Origin: Oopsacas minuta
Lineage: Eukaryota > Animalia > Porifera
Assembly: GCA_024704765.1 (NCBI GenBank)
Contig: JAKMXF010000199.1
Span: 372,001-436,000 of the forward strand
Reading direction: 5' to 3'
DNA length: 64,000 nt
The position numbers and the translations under genes were made by a program. Position 1 is the stretch's first letter. The number at the start of each line of letters is the position of its first letter. Positions 14,251 to 27,568 of the stretch are shown here, piece after piece. The notes under the pieces are model-generated. The model did not search any database and was not told the origin of the DNA. It saw only the letters and a program-made list of their open reading frames with translations.

Positions 14251-15274
14251 TGCAGGAATAATGTATTGTATAACCCTAAATCTAAAATTAACGCGCAAAA
14301 CCAAATATTAGAAAATTAGCCCCTGATTAAAATATCAAACAAATCTCTAACATCAATATAAAATATGTCAAAATATGTGAAAATATGATAAATAATGTAG
14401 ATATAAATTTGAAAATGTTAATTCGGAACCAAAGATGCTCGAATACTCCTGAATAGTAGTAAAACGAAAAGCATATTGTGATATGGAAATAGAGAAAAAG
14501 GTGTTAAATATGATTAATCTTAGGATAAATGATGCATTATAAATTTGAAATATCAAATTTGGAATCCACATATTCGATTAGCCCCGTAAAGCAGGTAAAC
14601 GAAATCTTCAGCACGATTTTGAATAACATGACCAAAGGTATGAAAATATGATGATTTAATATGATAAGTCTGCCAATTTGTAACATTCAGAATCCGAAAT
14701 TCTCAAAACCGGGCTCTACGCAACCAATTACCCTTGACAATATATTGAAAACAAATCTCTAGTTTACTTTTGTCTTTTACATAGAAAGGTGTGAAAACAT
14801 GAATAATCACCAAAAGAGTGAAATATTCACTTTAGAAAAATTTCATACTCGTTGTGCAAATCTAAGATTCAAAATGTATATGTACGTCAATTTTCATGTC
14901 AATTGGAGTCAAAACTTCGCACGCTTGCGGGGACGGAAGTACGGACTTGGTACATCGTCCATGCCATAAGGGCATCTCCCTATAAGAGCGGCACTAAAAT
15001 GAGGTATACCCCATAAGTAATAATATATATCTTAATTGGATCTAGGAGTAATAGAATTACGTAACTCTACATGACTACCATTTTTTTACCAATGTATGAT
15101 TAATGATAACATAAAACTTCTAGAGGTGAAATATGAGACCAAAGTAGAGTATAAGATCAGGATCATGAAATCTCTAATTGACTAAGTGAATTTCAGATAT
15201 ATGAAAAGCAAAACAAGTTAAAGTAATTCGTAAAAGTATTACAAAAGTATTCGGGAAAATTAATGAACACAAAC

Positions 15275-15547
15275 CTCTCTATCCTTCTTGAAAAGTGAAA
15301 TTATTGCGCGAAATGTGAAAAATTCACCACTACGGTTATCATTGACAGAGCTAATTGCACTCGTAATAGAAGAAAACCCCAGTACTTCAGCAAATCCCAT
15401 TGCTTTAGTACTCACAGATTCCAATGTGATCGAAGTTCCCTCTGTGTTAAACCAAGCCTTTAATTCTTTAGCAATTGAAATATCAGGGTCAATAACAAGT
15501 GATGAGTTGGTGCCCACGGTGAGAGAACAGGTATTAAAGTCTGAAAC
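15275..15547 (-). CDS. RPA1: RPA1-like exon: end of DBD-B, linker, start of DBD-C
   Basis: 273 nt (91 codons): VSDFNTCSLTVGTNSSLVIDPDISIAKELKAWFNTEG...EFFTFRAIISLFKKDRE, matching human [37 protein letters not shown]...DYFSSVATVVYLRKE. Acceptor ctttag| at 15548-15549, donor |gtttgt at 15273-15274; phase 0/0. Confidence 0.9.
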
Positions 15548-16301
15548 CTAAAGAAGTAGTTGTGGTTATAAATCTCACATCACGTTGCAATATTCCGTAT
15601 ATACATAGGCTACTATATATAATAAGAATAGGATGGTAGTATGTGTGCTTGATTCTCCAGAATAAATTAGAAAAACTATATGTTGTAGAAAGCTGAAAAT
15701 TTCCACAAAAAGGAGAAATTTTGCTCTGCGACAAAGATCAATTAGTTTTGGAAGCGATACCTCTATACCTTCTCCAAGAAAGGTAATAAAATAGATTGAC
15801 CAATCAGATATCAGGGTTTAACAGTTCTATAAATTTGTACCTATTAGATTGGAGAATTCCCAGACAGTATAGTTACATAAATATGTGAAAAAACAAAAAA
15901 TTAGTATTAAATTCTAAATCAATTTTGCGAATTTATCAAACATTGACAAAAATGTAATCAATTAATTACAACAAACAAGAGTAGTTATAGGGCGAGGAAA
16001 TCTAGGAAGGGGAATAAATAGTTTTTCTTAACTTGACACATGAGGCGCCTAGCTACATATGTATTGATGTAAACTACATACTCGAGGGCTACAGGCCCGA
16101 GTGCAAACAAAACAGAAATGTTCGCAATCGTGTAGAGCGAGCAAGCGAAGCGTGCTCGTATCACAAATGTAGGAAAATAACCCAGCAATGACCAAAAAAG
16201 AGATAAGCATGCATTCTTAACAGCTCTAGAATTTGTAATCTCTTGTTAAAAGGATTGCACAAATATGCGATTAAATATATGAAACTAAACATACATTCAT
16301 G

Positions 16302-19300
16302 CGTGGCCTACGTTATAATAAGGCCTGTTCACTAGTGCGATTTTTTGGACCATGGATGTCGTTTAAGTCCATTAAATTTTACTTCAAATAATCATGTATT
16401 TGATGTTATTCACCCAAATCATGAACTCAAAAATTGTTCTTAAGCGATTTTAAGACCATGGATGTCGTTGAAGGCTTGTAAAAATGTATTTCTTAGAAAC
16501 CCATAATATTTATATTAATTTATGAATCAACCTTTTTGTTACATTCAATTTATTGAAACAATACATTTACGTACTCACTACCCGTTGTACCTTGTCCTCT
16601 TGTACTTTTATCCTAAGTTGTTTAGACAACTTAGCTTTTATCTCTGTAATGCCGCTCTCCACCCTGTTCTATCAGTTATGTGCATTTCTTTAATCTACCT
16701 CTCGATTTCTCCTTTTTACAGTCTCAATTAGCTTGTCATGCCCAACAGGTGTTCTGCCCCCGGATGTCGTAGTAATTACGCAGGAGAACCTTATACTCCA
16801 GTATTTAAGTTGCCAAATGGTCCACCTGATCTTGTCAATCGTTGGCTTCGAGCGCTCTGTAGAGAAGGTATCAGAGACTTAAAGAATGTGTTTGTGTGCT
16901 CAAAACATTTCCTCGACGAAGAAATTCAGACCAGTTTTTCTATCCATCAACCAGATGGAACATACTTAGAAGTGCCAGCTAAGCCTAAATTGCAGAAGGA
17001 TGCAGTGCCAAGATTTCTACCTAGATGTCCACTTCATCTCTCTTCGTCATCTGACACCATACCTCCGAGATTTGATAGATCTTTGAGAGAACAGCATTTG
17101 ATTGATACTGCAATAAATGAGAGTCTATTACAGTATAACCAAGACAAAGAACTTTCTCAGATTACCACACTGGAATACTTGGTATCCAAAACGAAGCACT
17201 CGGGTTTGCCTAATCATTGGTTAGTTTGGTCTTCTGATGATAATTCCTTTAATTTACTCAAACCTTCTATAACGAATAACAATTTGATTGCAATTAGATG
17301 CTCGTTAACTATTACCGAAACATTACATACTATGGGTTTCTACGAAGGTATACGCATTCCTCTTTCTCTCACTCAGATAAATGATATTCGTCAACTTAAC
17401 GATTTGCTTAAAGAAATTGAAAACAATTCTGCCCCTACTAATTCTCCTGAAACATTCCAACACCATGTCAGAGAAGCAACCGGAAGCATTCGTAAAGCTA
17501 TTGACCCCCTTTCAACTGGAAAAGAATCTGGAAACCAACAGCCTCTATTATTAAGTCTTCAGTTTATTCTATGCCAATTGGATAACGCTTTGATCGCGAA
17601 AACTATGAGCGATACAACATCGAAACTCTTGTCTGTCCCTCAAATTCCAGCTTATCTCGCCAGTTTGTTATAGATATCTTCAATCCCTGGACTGTCTATC
17701 ATTGCCGCACCTTTCTACTCTAAAGCGCTTATATTCCAATTTTGGTTTGGATTCTGAGTTTACCAACTATCTCAAACAATCAGTCACTCAGTTTAACAAA
17801 TGGGAACGAAATGTAGTGATTCAGATGGATGAAATTCATGTAAAATCCACATTTACATACAAAGGAGGTAAGATAATTGGATCTTCTTTGAATCCTACTG
17901 ATCCTGCAAAAACCGTTTTTGCCTTCATGATATCAAGTTTGTCCAGTATTGTCCGTTTATTGCCCTGTTCCAGCTCATCTGCTGAGGTACTCTTTCCTAT
18001 CATCAAAGATGTTATTCGTGATGTTGAAGCATGTGGACTCTCTGTACACGTTTTATGTACAGATAATTACCCGATGAACGTTAACATTTTCAAGTTATTT
18101 TCTCCCAGCCGACTTCTAGAGCATATTGTTCCTCACCCTATGGACTCAAACCGGCCATTGTTTTTTGCTTTTTGACTTCGTTCATATAATCAAATCGATA
18201 CGTAATAACTGGCTAAACCAAATAGATTATAATAAAACAATCACTTATCCAGATTTTGAGAACATACAAGTTGCGAGCACTGCAGTTTTCGAAGAAATTC
18301 GCAAATTATATAAAAGTGACCAACACTCTGTTGCTAAATTAGCTCCAAGATTAACCTCTAAAGCTTGTTGGCCTTCCACTTTATAACGACAAAATGTTTC
18401 TTTAGCTTTAAGGATATTTGAAGAATCTACAGCCGCTGCATTAAACGTTAGCTACCAATCGCGATACCACACTTCTACAAATTCACAGACTGCAGACTTT
18501 ATTGCCATTATTTGTAATGTTTGGAAGCTATTCAACATCAATACTCCGAACAAGGGTATCCTTCACAAAGATGAATTTTCAGTTCCACTTACCTACAATG
18601 ATATCAGATTTATGTTCCTTCAACGTGTAGTTGATTGGGCTGAATGTTGGCGAGTCATGCCTGACAAAAGAGGTAAATTAAGTCCTCAAACCTTTACAAG
18701 TTTCCGTCACTCTTGTATTGCACTCCCGTGCATTGTAAACCATCTGACTGGAAATTGTGGCTATTCGTACGTCCTTTCTTCGTTCTTGCAAAATGATCCA
18801 CTTGAGCATCATTTTGGCTTGTATAGGATGATGTCAGGAGCACAATACCACATTAGCTATTGCCAGGTCCTTGAAACAGAACGGAGAATAAAGTTGTCCA
18901 GCATACTCAAATTATTTTCGAAAAAGCCTGTAGAAGATAGCATATCACTTAAGAACTTCTTAGAATCATGCTCATCCTCTTATGACCAAGACTCCCATGC
19001 GTCTTTTAGCTTGGAGATGCATCTCTCGGCGATTCAGGGATATTCAGGGATAGAATTAAACAAGCAAATACTCCAATCACTCTCCTTTATAGCAGGCTAC
19101 TCAGTGCATGCCTATTACAAACATTCTACTAAATGTCAATCATGCCTCTTATTCCTCACTGAAAACAAAGAAATGGAAATTGAAGAACCTTCAGATTCTG
19201 AATATCGATTAATTCAGATAATCGACCGAGGCTCACTAAAATGGCCAAGTAGTGATGTCATAGATGCAATTATTACGCTATGGAAAGTATTCTCTTCTAT

Positions 19301-19914
19301 CGAGAGTCAACCAAGCATATTCAATAACTTTATAACCGGTCCTTCTAGGAGTATCCTGATACAGTTAACAACAAGTCTTATAGAAGATGAACAAGCTGAA
19401 GTATGGAGAGTGCTGTGTGACGAATGTGGTACAGTCATGTGGGATGTATTAGCTAAACTATTGACTGCTACTTCAAACCGTCTTATATCAAATAAGATTA
19501 AGAACATGAATTCCCAGCTACCCTTGAAACCGTGTGTCGAAAATACTCGAAAATTAAAGAAATTGAAGCCTAATTAACTTATCACATACCACTTTAATAT
19601 ACGTATCTTTTATTATTCTGTACTATTATCAGGCACTCACTATTTGAAATATGCTTAGTATTAAACCCAATAATATTTTATCTCATGGATTCACATTTTA
19701 GTTAATTTTCTCTAACTATAACATTTATTGTAAAAATAAGGACTTAAATGTATCCATGGTCTTCAAAATCGCTTAAGAACAATTTTTAAGTTCACGATTT
19801 GGGTGAATAACATCAAATACATGATTATTTGAAATAAAATTTAATGGACTTAAACGACATCCATGGTCCAAAAAATCGCACTAGTGAACAGGCCTCATTA
19901 TAACGTAGGTCACG
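16302..19914 (+). mobile_element. P-superfamily (THAP) DNA transposon with long TIRs, Galileo-like architecture
   Basis: ~163-bp TIRs (16302-16463 / 19752-19914) and an exact 7-bp TSD ATTCATG (16295-16301 and 19915-19921). It encodes a THAP-type transposase with several frameshifts and stops. Confidence 0.9.
16738..19577 (+). pseudogene. THAP-domain P-element transposase (frameshifted)
   Basis: THAP zinc finger MPNRCSAPGC...W...VCSKHF...LQKDAVP. Catalytic-region motifs QMDE, CTDNYPMN, FDFVHIIKSIRNNW (D-x2-H) and QNDPLEHHFG. Two frameshifts near 17600-17640 and further breaks at ~18170 and 18384-18450. Confidence 0.9.
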
Positions 19915-20148
19915 ATTCATGTTATTACCACTAAATCATACTAATATAACAATCACTAGCGCGGTTCGCTTGATTGCGCTACAAGGATGCTAATACTTCG
20001 TGTCCGTACTCGGTCTATGGGCCTCGCTTTGACAATTAGTTTGTGTGATATTCGGAATCAGCGTAGCTGATTACCCACAATACCCGTTGAAACCACATTA
20101 CTAGGATAATTATGAAATTAGATTACTTTTGTGTACAATATTTATATA

Positions 20149-21400
20149 CAAGGGTTGCTCAATAAGTAATAAGACTAATGTATCGAATTCAAATTCTAGT
20201 TAATACAACTCTAAGCCTACTATCAGATTACAAGCCTAACTTGATTGTCTAACTTCGATAAAATATACTCTTTACTCTACTAGCATATTCTTCAGTATAA
20301 AGTTTCATTTGTATAGGCTACTTTTTTCAACTAATTGGTTTCAGCAAAGAAAGAAAATGACAAATAATTTGGTGCCTGTGGCAAAAAGGGAAGATTGGCT
20401 CATACATTCTTCGTGAAATGCATAGTGTTTTCGGTGATGAATGTCCTTCGAAAGCCACCATATCCATATAGATGGATCGAACGTTTTGATAATGGCGATG
20501 AAGAACTCCACGATGACCCTCATCCATGTGGTCCGACTTCCTCAAAAACCCGGAGTAATATCAAGAGGGTCAAAACAATTTTGTACAAGGACAGGCAAAA
20601 AACCCTGGGAGAATTAGAAGAGAAGGCAGGTATATCAAAAGCCACACTACACTCGATTATCACTGAAGATCTGGAAATGTCGATGGTAATTGCGCGTTGG
20701 ACCCAAAACCTCTTTCAAAGAAGAAAAACGCGAAAGGGTCAGGGTTAGCAAAGAATTACATTCAAGATACAAGGTAGAGGAAGACTTTTTAGGTCGTATA
20801 GTAACGGGGATGAAACATGGTTTCCTTGTTATGAACAAGGGAGGAAAACTCAATCGAAGCAGTGGAAGAAACGTGATGAACCTGTGCCCATCAAGGTAAA
20901 TGCTGCAAAATCAGCAGGGAAGAGAATGGCAACAGTATTTTGAGATAGGGAAGGAATTATACACCTCGAGTGTCTGCCTGAGAAGACAACCATAAACAGT
21001 GATAATTTCGTTGACGAATTGAAAGAATTGCGTCAAGCGATTAAACGTGAGAGGCGAGGCAAGTTGACACGTGGCGTATTGCTGCAACATGCCAACGTAA
21101 GGTCCATTTAAGCTCCAAGACAATGGCTGCAATTGACGACTTAGGATTCGAATGCCTCCCTCATCCCCCGTATAGTCCAGACCTGGCTCCCAACGACTGC
21201 TGGCTGTTTGGAGAGATGAAGAGACCTCTTCGTGGGAAGAGGTTTGAGGATTTCAAACGGCTGGAGTAGGAAAGAAAACAGTGGGAAAATGGCACTCCTA
21301 AAGAATTCTATCACATTGGGCTGGAAAAGTTACCCAACGATGGAAACGATGTGTTAAGTTAAGGGGGAATTAATCAAAACATTCAATAATCAATAATGAG
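20149..21400 (+). mobile_element. mariner family C, second copy, 3'-truncated
   Basis: Left TIR TA|CAAGGGTTGCTCAATAAG; collinear with the reverse complement of 9344-10653. The last ~60 nt, including the right TIR, are missing where the family B copy begins. Confidence 0.9.
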
Positions 21401-21401
21401 A

Positions 21402-22733
21402 GTAGGGCAGTCAATAAGTCTTGCGGGAAATATCATAGAATATGATACAAAACTATATACACTAATTCACTATATTATTTATTCAAAGTAATCCCCTCAT
21501 GCAGATACACAAAGTTTTAACCTTTCCATCCATTTGTAAAACACATTTCTGTTATCTTCTTTGGGGTTGGATTTGAAGTACTGGTACAGGCCCGTTCCGA
21601 GTGCCTGTAATGTGTTAAAATCTTTGCCTTGAAGGTAGATTTTAAGCTTGGGGAATAGCCAAAAATTACACGGAGCTAGGTCTGGTGAGTATGGTGGATG
21701 AGGAAGTGATTCTAACCCTTGTACATCCAAGAAATTTTTGGTAAGCTTAGCTGTATGGGAACTGGCGTTATCAATTAAAATCTTCATTCCTCGAGTTCCT
21801 GTTTTCGGGCGGTACTTTTCTATATTTTTAATCAAATTTGGACCACTTGCTCTGTAAAGAAAGTAGCAGTAACAGCCTTTCCACTCTCACAAGGTAATTG
21901 CAAGACAATTCTATGACTACTGAAGAAGATGGTAAACATAATCTTAGGTTTTCTGAAGTCGGGCCTGGGAATTTTCGCCGCTTGTTCGTCGCCCCTTACC
22001 TATGATCGCTTCTTATACTTGCTATATGGTGTTGAATAGTACACCCACGTCTCTTCACCAGTAAAAGTCTCTGTTAGGCGTCTAGAATCGTAGTTCTCAT
22101 AAGTTTCCAAGAGTTTCTTGGCAATATTCAGTCGTACCGACCTTTGATTCTCACTGAGCTTGTGCAGGACCCATTTCACACAAATCGATCGGTAGCCAAG
22201 CTCAGTCGTCAGAATTGTATGAAGAGCTCCGATGAAATCTCTATACTTTATTCTAACTGATTGATAGTAATGCACTTGTCTTCCATGACCATACTTTCAA
22301 TGAATGTGATATTCTCTGAAGTGGTGGCGGAATCTGGTCGTCCAGATCCAGGCAAATCTGTGACATCAGCATCACCAGATCTAAAACTGGCAGCCCATCG
22401 CTCTACAATAGATCTGGAAGGGCAATCCACTCACAATATCTCCTATAACTCGCTGAAGATCTGTACGGGCTGGATCTTGAGTATTGTGCGAAACCCTATG
22501 TAAGCAAGCCATTTGAGGTTGAAATTATCATCCCTTGAAGCCATACATCCAACAGTGGGCATAAATTGACTATGCGTAACTATTTCAAAAATTCATAATT
22601 TGTATTGAATAAGCTTGAAACTTTCAGCATATGGAGTTTAACTATATCGGCTTATAATATATGAAAGTTTGTTACATTACTTGACTAATTTCTGAGATAT
22701 ATCATAACCCGCAAGACTTATTGAGTGTCCTGA
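21402..22733 (-). mobile_element. mariner family B copy 1 (defective)
   Basis: Degenerate TIRs (GGGCAGTCAATAAGTCTTGC / GCAAGACTTATTGAGTGTCCTGA), with TA at 22734-22735. Split transposase with PYSPDLAPCN. Confidence 0.9.
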
Positions 22734-25024
22734 TAAAACTCTTTATCTTTGATTTGCCTCAGCACTGTGGTGAATATGCCTTACAACCTTCGGAGCTTTC
22801 TGAATGATCTCACCAGCATCTAAGGCAAGGTTTTTGTGTGGATTTCAGACAGCCTTCAATTCCAAACTTGAGAAGGTATTAACTTAACCGTGTGACAACC
22901 ACAACGTGTATACACTGCTGAGTTTTTAGATCCTGCTAATTTGAAATAGGAGGTTTTCAATAATAATGCATTAAATCTTTTTATAATTTACTCTCGTACT
23001 AATCTTCCTATCTGATCTAGAATATTGGCAACCCAAGTATGGCTAGTGGCTGCATAAGAAGGATTTACATCGTCCAGAAATTGGCGCATACCTTCCTCTT
23101 CTACCTGAGGTTGTGGTCGTAGATCACGACATAGAACATTCAATACGTATGAAACATTCAGTCACCCCCTGTTCCATCTCAGTGAAGAGGCTTTATTGTG
23201 CTTGGCAATATTTGTTTGCGTAGTAACATGTAGTTGTAAACTGGTACTAACCTCTATTTCTTCTGTACAAATTTGAGTTGGCATTTTCTTTAGTCCAGAA
23301 AGATGAAGGTCAGTGATGTTATGCGTTGTTTTTAGATGGATTATACCAATGCTAGTGCTGTTGACAATTATCCCTTTGCAACTAGCTTACTAAATATATC
23401 TTGAGTTGGATCTGGAAATATAATTGGGTGGCAACGGTTGCAAATTATCTTGTTCTTTGACCATTGTTCATTAATCAGCTCAAAGTAATGCAACAAAATA
23501 TTGATTTTGATGGAATTGGGCGTGGTTTGCCTGGACTATGAGGCTGCTTCGTAAGTGCAGACCGAAACTGTATGTCCTCTGATGGCATCGTATTAGTTAT
23601 TGATTTGTTATGCAGTATCTATTACCGAAGAATGGTTTAGTGTATGGTTGTAATGTCAGATCAGATATATAGAGTAAAATGGTTTAAAGAAATATGTATA
23701 TATATACAGTCAAGGGACAAAAGTATTCGACCACACAAATATATTGTCATAAATTGTATACTCTTTCCCGCTCCTATATATTGTGTAGTCTATATTCGTA
23801 GCTGCAATCTAGTAATTTCCATAGAATAACGTATGTTTTTCAAGAATTTCAAAAAAATATTTTCGATTTACACTTTCTGAGGGTGTTAATTATGAATAAT
23901 TATTAGATAATTATTGATAATCAAATATGTGGTAATTCAAAGCCTATTAAGAATCTATAATTTCTGACTTGATATTTGAATTCTACGTAGGCGAGTTACC
24001 CCAGATTGAAATTTCCAATCGAATTGAACAACTTTTACCAAAGTTATAGAAGAATTCCAATTTGTGCCATTTGTGCCACCTTTTGCCCAAGGTGGCACAA
24101 GTGGCCGCTACCAAGAAGTTATTTTGTAATTCAAGGGTTAGCATAGTCAAATCATTCGAAAATAGTACTTTGACTTATTCCTCCTAACCCTAGTTGATTT
24201 CCTTGTAGTGGCGCTTTTTCCTGCCACCTGTGCCACTTTTTCAAAAAGTGGCACAAGTGGGACAAATTGAAATTCTTCTATAACTTTAGTAAAAGTTGTT
24301 CAATTCGATTGGAAATTTCAATCTGGGGTAACTCGCCTACGTAGAATTCAAATATCAAGTCAGAAATTATAGATTCTTAATAGGCTTTGAATTACCACAT
24401 ATTTGATTATCAATAATTATCTAATAATTATTGACAATTAACACCTTCAAAAAGTGTAAATCGAAAATATTTTTTGAAATTCTTGAAAAACATACGTTAT
24501 TCTATGGAAATTACTAGATTACAGCTACGAATATAGACTACACAATACATAGAGCGGGAAAGAGTATACAATTTATGACAATATATTTGTGTGGTCGAAT
24601 ACTTTTGTCCCTTGACTGTATATACTCAAAAGACTCTATAGTAAATAACAAAGTAAAAAGTATTTACAATCCTACCTTAGATAATTCCCGTTCACACGAT
24701 TGACAGGCTGTATTTACCAACTCTTTTATTTAGTATCTTAAATTACATAGTTATAACTTCTTAATAACTGTAATAGAAATTTATCAATGCTATATATTTA
24801 TGGGATAATTTCGCATTATTTCAGCTAAGTCTTACGATATTCGGTTTACCTTACCGAATACGAATACTGAGAATATGCGGTTACCTTAACTGAATACGCA
24901 TGCTGGTATACCGTTACCGCAACCGAATACCGAATGCCAATATTCGGTTGGTAACCGAATTTTGAATGATTCATCAATTATTTTTCGGTTGAACCGAATA
25001 TTGAACTATTCGGTTGCAACCTTG
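22734..25024 (-). mobile_element. 5' half of a degenerate hAT transposon (inverted)
   Basis: Minus-strand fragments LCRDLRPQPQVEEEGMRQFLDDVNPSY, CGCHTVKLI and KAPKVVRHIHHSAEA. Terminus CAAGGTTGCAAC at ~25024 with CCGAAT/ATTCGG subterminal repeats at 24835-25020. Confidence 0.75.
23707..24618. mobile_element. 912-bp foldback non-autonomous Tc1-like element
   Basis: TATATA|CAGTCAAGGGACAAAAGTATTCGACC...GGTCGAATACTTTTGTCCCTTGACTG|TATATA. Near-identical inverted arms of ~380 bp; no ORF; nested in the hAT 5' region. Confidence 0.92.
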
Positions 25025-25646
25025 GTAATTTCAACTGAATTATTAAATGTCGAGACAAACTGATGCTTTCAAAACATCGCTAAAATACGAATATTTATTC
25101 TATAATATGTTATTATACACGCCAATGATAATATATACCATATTAATAACAATTCAGAAGGATCGACACGAGATCCCTTGCCCAAAATCCATAATCAGTT
25201 TTGAATCCTTCAGTATAGCAGGCTATGGATATTCTTGAAATGTTTCATTCCTGGTCTTTACTGTTATTATAAAACTATCACTTTTTACTTACCAGGCTTC
25301 GATCGTTTATATTCGCCTATCAAAAGACGGCTTATTATACATAAGATCTTACAACTCATTTTGAATATTGAACCAGGGATGCACTTGTCCCTTGAACTGA
25401 AACTAATCAAATTTGTCTCCTGTTTGTTAATATCATCATTCCTGCGTATATAATGGGCATATATTTGTATTCAACATGCATTTTGCCATATATTGTCATA
25501 TTTTATACATTTCCCATTGCAATATGTCAAATAATATCAAACAGGTTATTAAATACCCATTAAAATCAATAAACAGTAGATACATTCTTATCTGCTTAAA
25601 GGCAACTACTATATTACGTTCACCTGCAGATAGCAGTATCAAAATA

Positions 25647-26028
25647 CAGTCCCTCCAATTTCCCATTATATTGACCTATCTTTTGCGGTCACCTGCTTAA
25701 CACGCACGGAGCCACCATTTTTTGTCCCTTACTGTCGATAAACCAGTCTATATGGCCAACTACTATATCTAACGGCCGCATTATATAGAGGTCGCCTCCC
25801 ATAAGGTCACCTATTGACAAACCCCCTGGGTGCCAACATTAACTGCTTCCATTTTAGTATCTTCAATATCGGTCACTTGGCTTTAAGGCCAATTTCTCTA
25901 TCTCTCGATCATTAACATAAAGTTCCTATAACATTGAAGTAAAACAGTCAACCCCTCTATTGCTGCTACCTGTATATAACGGCCACTTTTACCAGTCCCT
26001 TTGATGACCGTAATAGACAAGTTTGACT
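25647..26028. mobile_element. probable CAGT-ended MITE
   Basis: TA|CAGTC...GTTTGACTG|TA with repeated GG(C/T)CAC(C/T) motifs inside. The left boundary is uncertain; an internal CAGTCAAC start lies at ~25946. Confidence 0.45.
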
Positions 26029-26399
26029 GTATCTTGCTAGGTACAAACAGAAATACATTAATCAATCTACGGGATGTTGTAGCAGTTGTTTACCGAGATA
26101 CTCTTAGAAGAATTGGGCAAATTGAACTGTTTCAGTGCCCAAAGTACCGACTTTGAGTTTCGTGCTCATATATGTGTTTTGATAGTATGTTCTTTGGAAA
26201 AAGGACTGGTGCAGGGGATTCTCTACAACTGAATGTACCAATCCAGTAATCTTAGGCGAATAATTTCCATCTTGTCCATCCAGCCGAAGGATTATAATTA
26301 TCCATTCTACACACCTAATTTCATTCAACCAAATACATTATTATAATAGCTCTTCTTCTGAGTTTAATTACAGTGGAAGGATTAATACAAGGCTTTTTG

Positions 26400-26607
26400 A
26401 TATTATTTGTATTGCTAAGCAGTGGTAAGAACTGCGATTTTAAAAATCCCAAAAGGTGACAATGATGTCATAATTTGGTCATAGGTGTGAATTTCGTCTA
26501 AGGCTGGAAGTTGTCCCAACCAGGCCTAAAATATGCCTGTATGCTCAATATCAGCCCTGCGTTTTTCCTGTTTCTTCAATCAATTCTGGGCATGCAAACA
26601 TATACTG
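26400..26607 (-). repeat. truncated copy of the repeat family also at 43139 and 60619
   Basis: Minus strand TATATGTTTGCATGCCCAGAATTGATTGAAGAAAC...TAGACGAAATTCAC...CATTGTCAC is collinear with the other two copies. Confidence 0.7.
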
Positions 26608-27568
26608 TTAACTCCGCTTAATAGAGACTCATCGATTCTTGCCCTTTCGTCCCGTTTAAGCAGAGTTCTCAATTTTCAAGAGTTTTTCGATTAATCTAAA
26701 GAGTATCATTTTTCTATTTTCAGTCTTAGAGTCCCCCAATTCAAGTTACCCACTCTATTGATGAGCAATTTTGAACAGAGTATAGTGGATTGAGAGAAAA
26801 TTCAAAATTATGCTAGGGAGTCGAAATACTCACCATATTTCACGATACTGGAAACCTGCAAACTATGGCTAGATGTAACATAAAATCATTTAATGAGATC
26901 CATATTCACATGATAATTTCCCCATTTGAAATGAAAAACACTGTTGCTGAAGAGTAAACTTCTTGAAATAGTCCTTTGGTATTCCTATAAATATTTTCTA
27001 AAATGTCATCAATTTATAAACAATTTCCTTTGTTTATCACTTTCATAAAAATCTTTCACTGCTCTACAAATCCAAACTCTTATACAAGTCTTATTGACTA
27101 AGGTTTGCTGTCTATTTCAATCCATAGTATTTCCCTAATAGTACGCCGTATGATTATATACTTCGAGGTTCCTTCAGGGGAGGGAGTATTCGAAGAAGGT
27201 CCACTTGCTATTCGAGGAAAAAGGTATCTAAATTCTGCCCTATCTATCAAATATTGTATTATTTTCTTCACATTTAAGAATTGTACTTTAGTTTCGACAT
27301 TTCTTTAATTGAGCCATAGAGTTTCATTACTTCAAGTGGAATCAATATTTCAAAATGTAACTGCCCTTCTTTTTTCTAAATTATTTCGTCTCACGGAATG
27401 CGTTTTTAGATTTGTAGTAATCATATTCTATAACAAAAGTTAGATCTATATTTTGGACTATGTAAGGTTATTCGATAGAACAAATTTTAGGTGAGTTCCA
27501 GAGAAGGGCAATCTTTGCCCGGAATACATGTATTTTATATTTGTAGACCAACAAATTATCAACTATTA

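Noticed and set aside
24835-25020. CCGAAT/ATTCGG-rich cluster as a regulatory array
   Set aside because: It is the matching subterminal region of the same hAT element, now inverted.
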